Source of the DNA: Octopus bimaculoides
Taxonomy: Eukaryota
Length of the DNA: 64,000 bases
NCBI RefSeq assembly: GCF_001194135.2
Contig: NC_068991.1
Coordinates: forward strand, 75,347,245-75,411,244
Reading direction: 5' to 3'
Both the position numbers and the translations under genes were made by a program. Under the pieces are notes generated by a model. That model had not been told where the DNA came from. It worked only from the letters and a program-made list of their open reading frames with translations, and ran no database searches. Positions 1 through 12,662 of the stretch are shown piece after piece. How positions within the stretch are numbered: the stretch's first letter is position 1; the number at the start of each line of letters is the position of its first letter.

Positions 1-287
1 TGGCTCCTGTAGGATTTTCGAGCGAGATCGTTGCCAGTGCCCCTGGACTGGCTTGTGCGGGTGGCACATAAAAGACACCATTTCGAGCGTGGCCGTTTTC
101 GTGCGGGTGACACGTAAAAGCACCCACTACACTCTCTGAGTGGTTGGCGTTAGGAAGGGCATCCAGCTGTAGAAACTCTGCCAAATCAGACTGGAGCCTG
201 GTGTTGCCATCCGGTTTCACCAGTCCTCAGTCAAATCGTCCAACCCATGCTAGCATGGAAAGCGGACGTTAAACGATGATGATGATG
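1..287 (+). mobile_element. SINE-like family A (GAT-repeat tail), truncated by the window start
   Basis: Ends ...gtcaaatcgtccaacccatgctagcatggaaagcggacgttaaac(gat)n, shared with at least seven other copies in the window. Confidence 0.85.
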
Positions 288-578
288 GTGCCCAACTGAC
301 CCTACTATACTGTGTAGTCAACAAAAATCAAAAACAAACAATGTGCATGCATGAAATTAAAAATATGCATATGCACAAACACTCAGTATTTACTCTTTAG
401 ACTTATAGAATTATTTGTTCCTGTAACTATATGTATGTGTTTTTGAAATTTCCTGCTTGCTTCTCTCATAGTTTCCATAATGTCTACATTATATATTCTG
501 TTGTATTCTTCATTATTCCAGCTACCAATATTCAAGTTTGTATAAATATAATCATAATTTCACTTTGTCTGTCTGTAG

Positions 579-645
579 AAGCTGACTTTCAAGACATGTG
601 GCCAGAGTTGGCATTAACTCTTGAAGATTTCCTTTTCTCGAAAAA
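579..645 (+). CDS. MON2: MON2 homolog, internal coding exon (first in window; gene starts upstream)
   Basis: Acceptor tctgtAG at 577-578 and donor GTaag at 646. Encodes (E)ADFQDMWPELALTLEDFLFSK, matching the MON2 C-terminal motif FDSMWPELANTFEDFLF recalled from human. Ends in phase 2, compatible with the next exon. Confidence 0.93.
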
Positions 646-1041
646 GTAAGTCACTTTACATTACATTTACTACATTATACTGATCCCTCTATCTCTGACC
701 ACCATCCGGTATGGGACCCTCCACTCTCCCTCACACGCCTATCTACACTCTCCCCGTGCTCCAACATATTTACCATACCCTCCCTCTCTCCCTCCCAGCC
801 ACTCCATTTTCTCCCACCATCACTTGCTACAGTCGTCTCTCTCCCTGTCTCTAAACATCTCCCCTCACACTCTTATGGAACACCTCCACTCTGTCTCCTC
901 TGTACCACTTATCCTCACCCACTGTTCCCTTCTAGACGCCCCAAACATCTCCAACGCCATCTATTTTTCTGTCTCTCACTCTCATTGCTTCTCTATCTTT
1001 CTCTAGCTCTTTCTCCCAGCTACGATATTGTATATATATAT

Positions 1042-1262
1042 GAGCGAGGTCGTTGCCAGTGCTGCTGGACTGGCTTCTATGCCAGTGGTACGTAAAAGCA
1101 CCCACTACACTCTCGGAGTGGTTGGCGTTAGGAAGGGCATCCAGCTGTAGAAACTCTGCCAAATCAGATTGGAGCTTGGTACAGCCGTCTGGCTTACCAG
1201 TCCTCAGTCAAATCGTCCAACCCATGCTAGCATGGAAGGTGGACGTTAAACAATGATGATGA

Positions 1263-1266
<4 letters not shown>
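1042..1266 (+). mobile_element. Family A copy
   Basis: Same 3' end and (GAT)n tail as 1-287. Confidence 0.85.
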
Positions 1267-1299
<33 letters not shown>

Positions 1300-1302
<3 letters not shown>

Positions 1303-1489
1303 TCATCATCATCATCATCATCATCGTCATCGTTTAACGTCCGCTTTCCATGCTAGCATGGGTTGGACGATTTGACTGAAGACTGGTGCAACCGGATGGC
1401 TACACCAGGCTCCAATCTAATTTGGCAGAGTTTCTACAGCTGGATGCCCTTCCTAACGCCAACCACTCAGAGAGTGTAGTGGGTGCTTT
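1300..1489 (-). mobile_element. Family A copy, inverted relative to 1042-1266
   Basis: (ATC)n followed by the reverse complement of the family A 3' end. Confidence 0.85.
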
Positions 1490-2676
1490 TATATACACAT
1501 ACATTTGTATTCTTTAATTCTTGTTCATATTTCAGTCATTTGTTTGTGGCCATGCTGGAGCACCATATATATATACAGGTGCTTACAATTATCAAGTATT
1601 ACCTCTAACATTTACTTTACCTATATATATATATATATATAATAAGCATTACAAAAAAGAAAAACCATCCAAATATTTTATTGAAATTAAATCTGAAACA
1701 ATCAATGTATAAATTATGTGCTTGCTTCCATGCTATTTGAAACTGCTTTCAAATTTTCTAAATGAGAACTTTTTATAACGACAATGTTCCACTACCCATT
1801 GTCTACATAGTGCCAGGCAAAGTATATGAGAGAAAGAAGGAAAGTGAGACAGAGATCAAAAGGGAGAACTTACCATTCTATTACAACTATCACTTTTTCC
1901 TTATCTTTCTTTCTTCTTTTTTTTTTTAATTGATGCTGTCTTACCCCACAAGGCCTAAGTTGAGATTATTTTTTTAATGATTTTTTTTTTCTGGGTTTGA
2001 TGTTAATGTTTCTTATTTTTCATATGTTTGACATATTGTTTTTCAAATAACTCTCTGGCTCTCTCAATATTTTACTTTTTCTTTTTCATATCTGCTTCAC
2101 ATTTTTCTATTCTCTGATGGCAGATATTGTAGGTGTATAATCTTTGATGTATGTTCATTTTGTGGCTTTACCATAATCGCTTTTCTTAACACTCAATTCC
2201 ATTCCATAGGGTATTCTTTTGTTATTCACTTCTATCATAATGTTCTATGGATAGCATCTCTATTGAGAGCTAATAAGCCAGTATCATCTCCAGATCTGAA
2301 CAAACGGCTCATTCTTCCTGCTGGCTTCATCTTTTACTTCTCTGAAGATTTCCTCAATATTCTGGAGACAGGAGAGGGAACAACTTTGTTCTGGTTCCTT
2401 CCTTAATTTTAAATTCTGCAATGGAGAAAAAGTAAGATATTTACTAAAAAGTTTACAACAATGTGTAAAGGTGCATGGCCTAGTGGTTATGGCTGTTGCG
2501 CTTGTGATTCTGAGATCATGGTTTCAATTCTCACTCTGGCTGCACATTTCCCCTGATCCTCCCTCCCTCCCTCCTTGCTATTTCTTTTATTTTATCCCTC
2601 AATTCTCTCTCTCTCAATTTTTCTTTCTCTTTTTATGTAAATAGTTCTGACTGTATTTTTTAATATCTAAAATTTT

Positions 2677-2871
2677 GTTCTATATTTAAGAGATGAGAAA
2701 TTATGTACATTATTTATATTATTTATATATTTACATTTGACGGATATTTGTCCTCATCTTGTTTGTTAACACAACGTTTCGGCTGATATACCCTCCAGCC
2801 TTCATCAGGTGTCTTGAGGATATTTCGAATCTGGGTTCTCATTCCTAAGGTATTTTTTGATGTTGTTGTTG

Positions 2872-2924
<53 letters not shown>

Positions 2925-3000
2925 ATCACTGCCTGGAATTGAACTCGGAATCTTGGGATTAGTAGCCCATGCTCTTAACCATTACGCCATATGCCCGTGG
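2677..3000 (-). mobile_element. tRNA-headed SINE with 3' hammerhead ribozyme (HH-SINE), full-length copy
   Basis: Minus strand carries A box TGGCGTAATGG, B box GTTCAATTCC, an (AAT)n/(AAC)n linker, then GACAC-CTGATGA-A-GGCTG..CAGCC-GAAACGTT-GTGTT and a conserved 3' tail. It is colinear with the copy at 20460-20727. Confidence 0.85.
2768..2813 (-). ncRNA. Minimal type I hammerhead ribozyme motif (Penelope-type), intact
   Basis: Stem I GACAC/GUGUU; core CUGAUGA plus an extra A; stem II GGCUG/CAGCC with a 10-nt loop; GAAA; palindromic AACGUU stem III; GUU cleavage triplet. Predicted cut between 2773 and 2772. Confidence 0.8.
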
Positions 3001-3230
3001 TGGTTAAGAGCGCAGGCTACTAACCCCAAGATTCCAAGTTCGATTACAGGCAGTGACCTGAATAATAATAATAATAACAACATCGAAAAATACCTTAGGA
3101 ATGAGAACCCAAGACACCTGATGAAGGCTGGAGGGTATATCAGCTGAAACATTGTGTTAACAACAAACAAGATGAGGAGAAATATCTGTCAAATGTAAAT
3201 AATGTACATAATTCCACATCTATTAATAAC
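3001..3230 (+). mobile_element. HH-SINE, 5'-truncated copy head-to-head with 2677-3000
   Basis: Reverse complement of the left copy, lacking the first ~20 nt and with a short internal deletion at gagaaccc/aagacacc. The hammerhead at 3113-3158 has CG>CA in stem III. Confidence 0.85.
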
Positions 3231-3249
3231 ATCAGCAAAAAAATATTTT

Positions 3250-3385
3250 AGAACCCTGGGTTGGGTTCAAAATTCTACCAGGACACCTGATGAACTGGAG
3301 AGTAAATCAACCGAAACGTTGAGGTAACAGCAAACAAGATGAGGACATATCTGTTCAATGTAAATATTGAACTCAAATAATGTAG
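3250..3385 (+). mobile_element. HH-SINE 3' half, diverged tandem third copy
   Basis: ggacacctgatgaactggagagtaaatcaaccgaaacgttgaggt...caaacaagatgaggac. Core motifs are kept, but stems I and II are broken. Confidence 0.7.
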
Positions 3386-4194
3386 TCCTAGATACACTAT
3401 CACTAGTATAAGAGGAGCACCTTTGGTCATAGGTCTTCTCAATCAGGAACAAACCAGTCGTTAACCAGCAACAGCAACTAATACCAATATATACAGAAAT
3501 ACAAGGTTTATCTTCTAACAAGAGAAATACATCTAAAGTACACATAATTTCCGGATCTTCATTTTTCTCTTTCTATAAGTTTCCTGTTTCTACTTCTGTT
3601 ACTCTGTCCATGATTGTTTCAAGTATTCTTAGGAATATGTTGTATGTTTTGGTGGAATCTTGTATTTAACAAAATGGAATTGTTTTCGTTTGTCCTTCCT
3701 TCCAGTTGTATAAACATTACAGTCTCTCTGTTGTTGTTTTTTCTTTTTTGATTCTTTAAGATAACATCTGTGTGTGCATCTATGTGCATTTCTTTTTCAT
3801 TGTCATGCAGGTGCAGCATTTCATGAAATACTTATTTAAGTATATATACAAGACATTGCTTTGTAGACATTTGTGTAACGCAAACAGCATATGGAATATC
3901 AAAGTTTTTTTGTTACTTCTCTTCTTTTTTTTTTTATTTCTCTTACTGAACAGACATGAGAAAAATGCATGCATGCACAAGTATAGACAGGCTGACAGAC
4001 AGAGAACTTTACATACGCATATATATCTTTTATCTTCTATTTGTTTCAGTTATCAAACAGTGGCCATGCTGGGGCACAGTTTTTTGGGGGGTTTTTTTCC
4101 CAAGTCTAGTACTTATTCTATCAGATTCTTTTTGCTGAACTCCTTGGTTACTGAGACATAACCAAACTGACACCATTTGTCAAGCAGCGCTGGT

Positions 4195-4261
<67 letters not shown>

Positions 4262-4437
4262 GTCGTAAGTCCCAAACATAGCTTTTTCAGAAAACAAAAA
4301 AATAGTTTCACCATTCCATAGCAAAACCATTGTACTGCACTTTGCCAATTTTTGATATCTTGGCATCTGAAGAAGCTGGAAATACGATAGTTTGATCAAA
4401 AGAACCGGCTATTGCAAGCAAAAATAAATATTCTTTT

Positions 4438-4998
4438 NNNNNNNNNNNNNNNNNNNNNNNNNNNNNNNNNNNNNNNNNNNNNNNNNNNNNNNNNNNNNNN
4501 NNNNNNNNNNNNNNNNNNNNNNNNNNNNNNNNNNNNNNNNNNNNNNNNNNNNNNNNNNNNNNNNNNNNNNNNNNNNNNNNNNNNNNNNNNNNNNNNNNNN
4601 NNNNNNNNNNNNNNNNNNNNNNNNNNNNNNNNNNNNNNNNNNNNNNNNNNNNNNNNNNNNNNNNNNNNNNNNNNNNNNNNNNNNNNNNNNNNNNNNNNNN
4701 NNNNNNNNNNNNNNNNNNNNNNNNNNNNNNNNNNNNNNNNNNNNNNNNNNNNNNNNNNNNNNNNNNNNNNNNNNNNNNNNNNNNNNNNNNNNNNNNNNNN
4801 NNNNNNNNNNNNNNNNNNNNNNNNNNNNNNNNNNNNNNNNNNNNNNNNNNNNNNNNNNNNNNNNNNNNNNNNNNNNNNNNNNNNNNNNNNNNNNNNNNNN
4901 NNNNNNNNNNNNNNNNNNNNNNNNNNNNNNNNNNNNNNNNNNNNNNNNNNNNNNNNNNNNNNNNNNNNNNNNNNNNNNNNNNNNNNNNNNNNNNNNNN
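4438..4998. other. Assembly gap (others: 6469-6478, 7909-8105, 11777-11892, 19193-19320, 28405-28414, 29430-29529, 30747-31241, 34171-34180, 54171-54535)
   Basis: Runs of N, mostly flanked by simple repeats. Confidence 0.99.
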
Positions 4999-5322
4999 CA
5001 TCATCATCATCATCATCATCATCGTTTAACGTCCGCTTTCCATGCTAGCATGGGTTGGACGATTTGACCGAGGACTGGTGAAACCGGATGGCAACACCAG
5101 GCTCCAGTCTGATTTGGCAGAGTTTCTACAGCTGGATGCCCTTCCTAACGCCAACCACTCAGAGAGTGTAGTGGGTGCTTTTACGTGTCACCCGCACGAA
5201 AACGGCCACGCTCGAAATGGCGTCTTTTATGTGCCACCCGCACAAGCCAGTCCAGGGGCACTGGCAACGATCTCGCTCGAAAATCCTACAGGAGCCAGTC
5301 AGGCGGTACTGGCAACGGCCAC
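4999..5322 (-). mobile_element. Family A copy
   Basis: Reverse complement of family A with an (ATC)n tail abutting an N gap. Confidence 0.85.
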
Positions 5323-5420
5323 ATATACATACATACATATATACATGCATACATACATACATACATACATACATGCATACATATGTACGTACATACATAC
5401 ATTCAAACACATACATGTAT

Positions 5421-5461
<41 letters not shown>

Positions 5462-5629
5462 TACAGATAGATAAATACACACACACACACACACACATTT
5501 CCATGCGTGACTACACACATTCATATACTCAGACTTGACTGTGCACAGGAACTTCTATACAGCTATCCGTACATCCACGTACATACATACACATTGCATA
5601 TATGTGTGTATATATAAATATAAGTGCAC

Positions 5630-5880
5630 CAACACACACACACACATATATATATCCATAGATGCTTGCATGTATACACACACATGCACACATACATATT
5701 TATCCATACATGCTTGCATTTATATACACACACTTCTTGCACACACGCAGACATATATCCATGCATGCTTGCATTTGCACACACACACACGCACACACAT
5801 ATCCATACACGCTTGCATTCATAGGCACACACACACACACACATATATCCATACACGCTTGCATTCATAGGCATACACAC
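5630..5880. repeat. Compound minisatellite: core atccatacatgcttgcatt x5 separated by variable CA tracts
   Basis: Five imperfect copies visible directly in the sequence. Confidence 0.75.
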
Positions 5881-6117
5881 ACACATACATACACACATGC
5901 ACATACATACACACACATACATACACACACTCGCGCACACAAACACCCACACACCCACTCAAATAGCCCCTATACACTACGTGTATACCCAAATCATCCA
6001 TTGTATGCATGACCCGAACCTGTCCTTCTCTTCTGACCCTTTCGATGAAGAACCCACTGTTGCAGATACGCACTACGTTTCAATGGGGTTTTTTTTCTTT
6101 TTGTTTTGTAAGTTGTA

Positions 6118-6197
<80 letters not shown>

Positions 6198-6414
6198 CTT
6201 TTCCCTCTACTCCCCCTCTCACTCCCTCTCCTACATTGTTGAATAAGTAAAAAGAGAAAAATAAAAAATCTGATTCCTGTATCTGTGTGTGTCAATGTAC
6301 ATCAATCTTGCTTCACACTGACAATACATTCTTCTCTGTTGCTGTGTGTATTTTTGCAAGCTTATTTCTTCCTCTCATCCATTCTCTCCTCTCCCTGCTA
6401 CTTCCACCTCTATC

Positions 6415-6464
<50 letters not shown>

Positions 6465-6479
6465 CACANNNNNNNNNNG

Positions 6480-6511
<32 letters not shown>

Positions 6512-6557
6512 TATATATGTGTGTGTGTGTGTATATATGTGTATGTATATATATGTG

Positions 6558-6665
6558 TGACTGGAGCCTGGTGTTGCCATCCGGTTTCACCAGTCCTCAG
6601 TCAAATCGTCCAACCCATGCTAGCATGGAAAGCGGACGTTAAACGATGATGATGATGATGATGAT
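6558..6665 (+). mobile_element. Family A 3' fragment
   Basis: actggagcctggtgttgccatccgg...ggacgttaaac(gat)n. Confidence 0.8.
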
Positions 6666-6676
6666 GTGTGTGTATG

Positions 6677-6716
<40 letters not shown>

Positions 6717-7195
6717 CATACATTACATACACACATATATGTATATACATATATATATGTATATATGTTTATATATATATATATATATATATCGTTTAAC
6801 GTCCGCTATACATACATTATATACACATATATTTACACACACACATATATATATATAAATATGTATATACATATATATATATATAAATATATTTATACAT
6901 GCACACACATATATAAATATGTATATACATATATATATATATAAATATATTGATACACACACACATATATATATATATATATATTTGTATGTATTGGATT
7001 TTTTTTTTTTTTTCTGTCTGTTAACTGCAGATGAATAATAATGTTGATATTTTGTCTTTTCTGATGAGAATCTAATACTTTGACTCTCGAAAAACTATTT
7101 GATGAACCCTATTTTATGCATCAACTATCTGTGTAAATAATAACAGTAATTGGAATGCAAAGCGCTGGTGCCGATGCCGATGCTGATGATGATGT

Positions 7196-7228
<33 letters not shown>

Positions 7229-7284
7229 AGACAATGATTTTGATGGTGGCGATGAAGAGGAAGAGGAAAATGATGAACGTGGCT

Positions 7285-7325
<41 letters not shown>

Positions 7326-8189
7326 ACTTTTATTCTTTGTGGTTGTTGTTGATTATGATGATGATGAGCATGATAATTCGCTTGAAAGAAGAGAAATGAA
7401 AGAAATGTAATAATAATAATAATAATAATAATAATGATAGCAATTCCTATTAGGAATAAGACCAAACCTGAGTGAAACCAAAATGAAAATAATAATAATA
7501 ATAATATCAATAATAATGATACCAGCAACAACAACAACAACAACAACAATGATATCATTATTATCATTGTTATGTCAAAAAAAAAAAGGGAAAACATAAA
7601 AAGTAAAAAGCAAAACAAGTCATTGTTTGTCATTGTGAATATTTTGTGTTATGTCCTGACTTTGAGATGGACATTATGTGTAAATAGCGAAGTTGTAATG
7701 ATGGAGACAAGTAGTGAAACGTGTCTCACCACACATTAAACTCAGAGAGATATATGCATGCTGGTAATCTTGGTTCAGAAAAACTTTCTCAACAGTTTGG
7801 TAATGCACATTGCCTTATAATTAAGGCAGTGTGTATTAGAAACGGCAGAGTACGGTGGTGGTTGAGGTGGTGGTGGTGGTGGTGGTGGTGGTGGTTGTGG
7901 TGGTGGTGNNNNNNNNNNNNNNNNNNNNNNNNNNNNNNNNNNNNNNNNNNNNNNNNNNNNNNNNNNNNNNNNNNNNNNNNNNNNNNNNNNNNNNNNNNNN
8001 NNNNNNNNNNNNNNNNNNNNNNNNNNNNNNNNNNNNNNNNNNNNNNNNNNNNNNNNNNNNNNNNNNNNNNNNNNNNNNNNNNNNNNNNNNNNNNNNNNNN
8101 NNNNNATATATATACATATATATATACCCACATGCATGCTTCTTTCTATATGTGAGTATGCTTAGATATACGTATATATGTGGATATAC

Positions 8190-8324
<135 letters not shown>

Positions 8325-8604
8325 CATATATGTGGATATATATAAATATATATATATGTATATATGTGTGCATGTATATATCTGTATATAAAAATATATA
8401 TTATGCTTGTGTGTGTGTGTGTGTGTGTGTGATTATTTCAATTATCTCAATAAAAACTTTTTCCAGATTTTAAACATGATTTGGTGTTTGCAATTTAGGA
8501 TAAACCAAAGTCAAGTCTCTGTCAAATATTTTCTAATTTAAATAGAATATAATTTTCTTCAGCTAAATAGCCTTTCACTGTGTTCGTTTTTATTTTTATT
8601 TTTT

Positions 8605-8630
8605 CCCTAACCCTAACCCTAACCCTAACC
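8605..8630 (-). repeat. Short interstitial (TTAGGG)4 telomere-type tract
   Basis: ccctaa x4 on the plus strand. Confidence 0.8.
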
Positions 8631-8990
8631 CCCCCTCTTTTGCTTACATACTTTTTCCACACGTTATGTACACTCACATCTGAGAGGGGAAAATTTGAGG
8701 TGTTTTTTGTGTATATATAGATATTTTATAAGTGTTTTTATTTTGTTTTGTTTTCTTTTAGTCCTAATTATGAGATATAAAATATTTAGCATGAACTGCA
8801 TTTTGGGAATTTTAAAATCTATTATCACCAGCAGGTTCCCTTTTTTTCTCTCACCATCTTCAATAATGATGAAGCTGTTCGAAGCTTCATGAGAGTAATG
8901 CGTGGTTATATGTGTCTGTGTGGGCAGGTGGTATGTGTGTGTGTGTGTGTATATGTATATATGTATAGAAATGTATGTATATATAATGTA

Positions 8991-9033
<43 letters not shown>

Positions 9034-9125
9034 ATGTATGTATGTATATATGTATAGAAATGTATTTATATATAATGTATGTATGTGTATATATATATAT
9101 GTATGTATGTATCTATGTATGTATG

Positions 9126-9204
<79 letters not shown>

Positions 9205-11011
9205 TGATAGTATATATTTCTTTGCTCCTATATTTATGTGTATTTGTCTTATTGTATATTGAAAAATATCATTATACGTGTTATATGTTGCATATGCATC
9301 ACTATTACACATACACAAGCATGTTGTGAGGACGAAATTTAAAACAAGTTCTTACCGATGTAAGAAGTTTCTCTGTCTCATTTTTAAAAGTTATTCATTT
9401 TAGCTTATCTTATTGTATTTCATTCGATTACATTTTTTTCTGTCCCCTCTCTTTTTAAACTGATGAATAAAATATCGCTGTTGATCTTTTTCACCAGAGA
9501 CAAATGCAGACACATAAATTTATATATAAACAAGTATATATAAATTTATACGTAAATTTACATATAAACGCATATATAAATACATGAATGCTTAAACAAA
9601 TAACTAAACAGATAAATTAATAAATGGAAGCAAACCTTTTGTCATTGCTACTGTAGTTTTATATTTATATGTGACAAAATTATTCTAAGCTGCTTTACAA
9701 ACTTTGGTGACTTGTTCTGTCTCTGTAATTTACACCTAGATTTTCTTTCATTAGCATCTAATTTTTCTTGATATTTCAATTCAATGTATGATATTGTTTA
9801 GCGATTCATACATCATTGTACACAGGATGAAGAAAGGCGGCACCAATGGGATTAATGTAAATCAAATTATAAATTGCTAAGTTCATAATTCCTCCCATTT
9901 TTCCCGGCTCTTCTTCCCCCTCTGGATTTGTGTGTGCTTGTATTATTTGCATATAAATTTTTTATAATGATCTTTTTTAGTGTTAAGTGGTGATAATACT
10001 GGTGGTGGTGGTGGTAGTGGTAATAGTAGAAGTAAGAGGTGGAGGACTTTAATGTGTTGTTGTTGTTGTGGTGCTGCTGCTGCTGCTGATGGTGATTTAG
10101 CAGAATCATTAGAGCATTAGAAAAAATGCCTTACATTGTTTGTTCCAGCTCTTTACAGTCTGAGTTCAAATCCTGCCGAGGTTACTATTGCCTTTCATCC
10201 TTTCAAGCTCCATAAAATAAAGTGCCAGTTACGTACTGGGGTCAACAGTAACAACAAAGATTCTCTCCCTACAGAACTGATAACCTTGTGCATGCAGGCA
10301 CACACACACACACAAATTAGAAATATCCAAATTGTCTTGTCTCCATGTTAACGATACTTTACTATTGCTATTAGTATTGCTATGCTGAACCTTTCTGCGT
10401 TCGGATTATTCTGTCAAATGTAAAGCTTATTTATTCACATTGTTTTGAATTAATCATGGATTATCTTAGTTTCAGATTTTGATGATGTGACTTTTTTTTT
10501 TCTTTTTTTCTTTTTTTTTTTTCTTTTAATGATATAAGGTTGGTGTGAGGCCCGATCTGGTCAATTTGAACACAAAACAGGTAAAATATCTTGACCAGAA
10601 CTAGCCAGCTTCACTAACGCTTAAACCAAACATAAAATTATTTTGATACAAGGATGAAATCTGCTTTTCAAACAGACAAATAAACTCACTAAAATCCAGA
10701 ATGATTCCATTTGGAAACCACATTTAGATAAGGCAGGCCACTATGATTTTTCAAACCAAACTTTTCAATGTTGTTTTGGAACAGTTATGCCTTCATGTTT
10801 ATAGCAAATGGCTCATAACGTGCATCTTTTGACACAAACTATGCAGGCTTTACATGTGTATTTGATAACTGAATATATTTTAGGGACACAAAAAATACAA
10901 GGGTAAACTTATGAGTTACTAGAATGTATTTCTTTTATATATATTTATATATGTGTGTGTATATCATTTGTGTATTATTGCTTATGTTTTTGTTGTTCAT
11001 TTATTTTTCAG

Positions 11012-11072
11012 CCCCTCTCTTCCTACTCTGTCAATAGAAGATTTCCAAAGAGATGAGACGGTGGACTGCAAG
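11012..11072 (+). CDS. MON2: MON2 homolog coding exon
   Basis: ttttcAG acceptor and GTttgt donor; 61 nt. Encodes (N)PSLPTLSIEDFQRDETVDCK, versus recalled human PPDNLSIQEFQRNENIDVE. Phases 2 to 0 fit both neighbours. Confidence 0.92.
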
Positions 11073-11186
11073 GTTTGTATTCGTATAGCACCGAAAAGTA
11101 AAGGAAAATGCAATGAATTTTGGAAAGCGGTTTTGATATGTATTCTTTCATGTGTGAGCATGTATGTGTGTGTGTGTGTATATATG

Positions 11187-11229
<43 letters not shown>

Positions 11230-11633
11230 GCACACGGATGCGATGAGCTTCTTTCAGTTTCTGTCTGCCGAATCCACTCACAAGGACTTTGGCCAGCCTA
11301 TATATAATGTAAGACACTCGCCCAAAGTGCCACACAGTGGGACTGAACCTGGAAACCTGTAGTTGGGAAGCAATCTTCTTACCACACAGCTATGCCTGCA
11401 CCTGTACGCACACACACAAAAGGCTTCCTTCAGTTCCTTCTGCCAAATCCACTCACAAAGCTTTGGTCAGCCCAGAGCTCTGTTTAAAGACACCCAGGTT
11501 GCCATACAGCAGGATTGAACTCAAAACCATTCAGTTTGAAATTGAACTTCTTAATCACATATCCAAGCCTATAAAAGCACATCATATGATGAAAATTCAA
11601 AAGACTCAGTGAATCTTCATAAAAGATCTACAT

Positions 11634-12100
11634 AGGTGCAGGAGTGGCTGTGTGGTAAGTAGCTTGCTTACCAACCACATGGTTCAGAGTTCAGTCCCAC
11701 TGTGTGACACCTTGGGTAAGTATCTTCTTCTATAGCCTTGTTGAAACAGATGTATATATATATATATATATATATANNNNNNNNNNNNNNNNNNNNNNNN
11801 NNNNNNNNNNNNNNNNNNNNNNNNNNNNNNNNNNNNNNNNNNNNNNNNNNNNNNNNNNNNNNNNNNNNNNNNNNNNNNNNNNNNNNNNNNNNGTTTATGC
11901 ATCTGTGTTTGTCTCCCCAACATTGCTTGACAACCGATGCTGGTGTGTTTACGTCCCCATAACTTAGTGGTTTGGCAAAAGAGACCAATAGAATAAATAC
12001 TAGGCTTACAAAGAATAAGTCCTGAGGTTGATTCGCTCGACTAAAGGTGGTGCTCCAGCATGGCCACAGTCAAATGACTGAAACAAGTAAAAGAATAAAA
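11634..12100 (+). mobile_element. Bipartite tRNA-derived SINE family D with internal microsatellite
   Basis: Head aggtgcaggagtggctgtgtggtaag, CORE-like caccttgggtaagt, (TA)n with an N gap, and the 3' module ...gcatggccacagtcaaatgactgaaacaagtaaaag. Confidence 0.85.
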
Positions 12101-12662
12101 ATTATTTGATCTTATTTTTTTATTATCTATGTTTCAGAGCAAATATGGAGGCTTTTAGAAGATAGACTAGGGTAGTAGGGAAACATTGAATATTATAACT
12201 TCATTGTGCATGAGAAACATTGTTTTTAATTATGTAATCAATTTAATTGTTTTTCAAACATCTTGGAAAAACGAAAACATGAATGAAATTGTAAATGGTG
12301 ATGAAAGAAGTCTGACAGACCAATTGATCGATGAATCGGTTGATCAAATCATTAAATCAAGCACTCGATTAGTTAATTTGTTAATTAACTAACTACTTGA
12401 ATAATAATAATAACAGCTGTAATAAAAAGATTTAAAATAGGACCAATGCATGTGGGGTTTTTTTTTTGGCAAAATAACCCAATCAAGGATGAACAACATC
12501 TGTTTCAACACTTGATTTCATATCAAGGATTTTGCAGAAATAAATATAAAACTACAGTTGCAAAAAAAGCAGAAGGTTTTTTTTTGTGTGTGTGTGTTCA
12601 TTATTTTGTTTTAAATGCTTGTCTTTACATTTCTTTTGTTTGTTTGTTTTTTCTTGCTTTAG

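Noticed and set aside
5630-5880. Repeat-spacer pattern superficially like a CRISPR array
   Set aside because: Spacers are just CA microsatellite variants, the repeats are degenerate, the context is a eukaryotic intron and there are no cas genes. It is a minisatellite.
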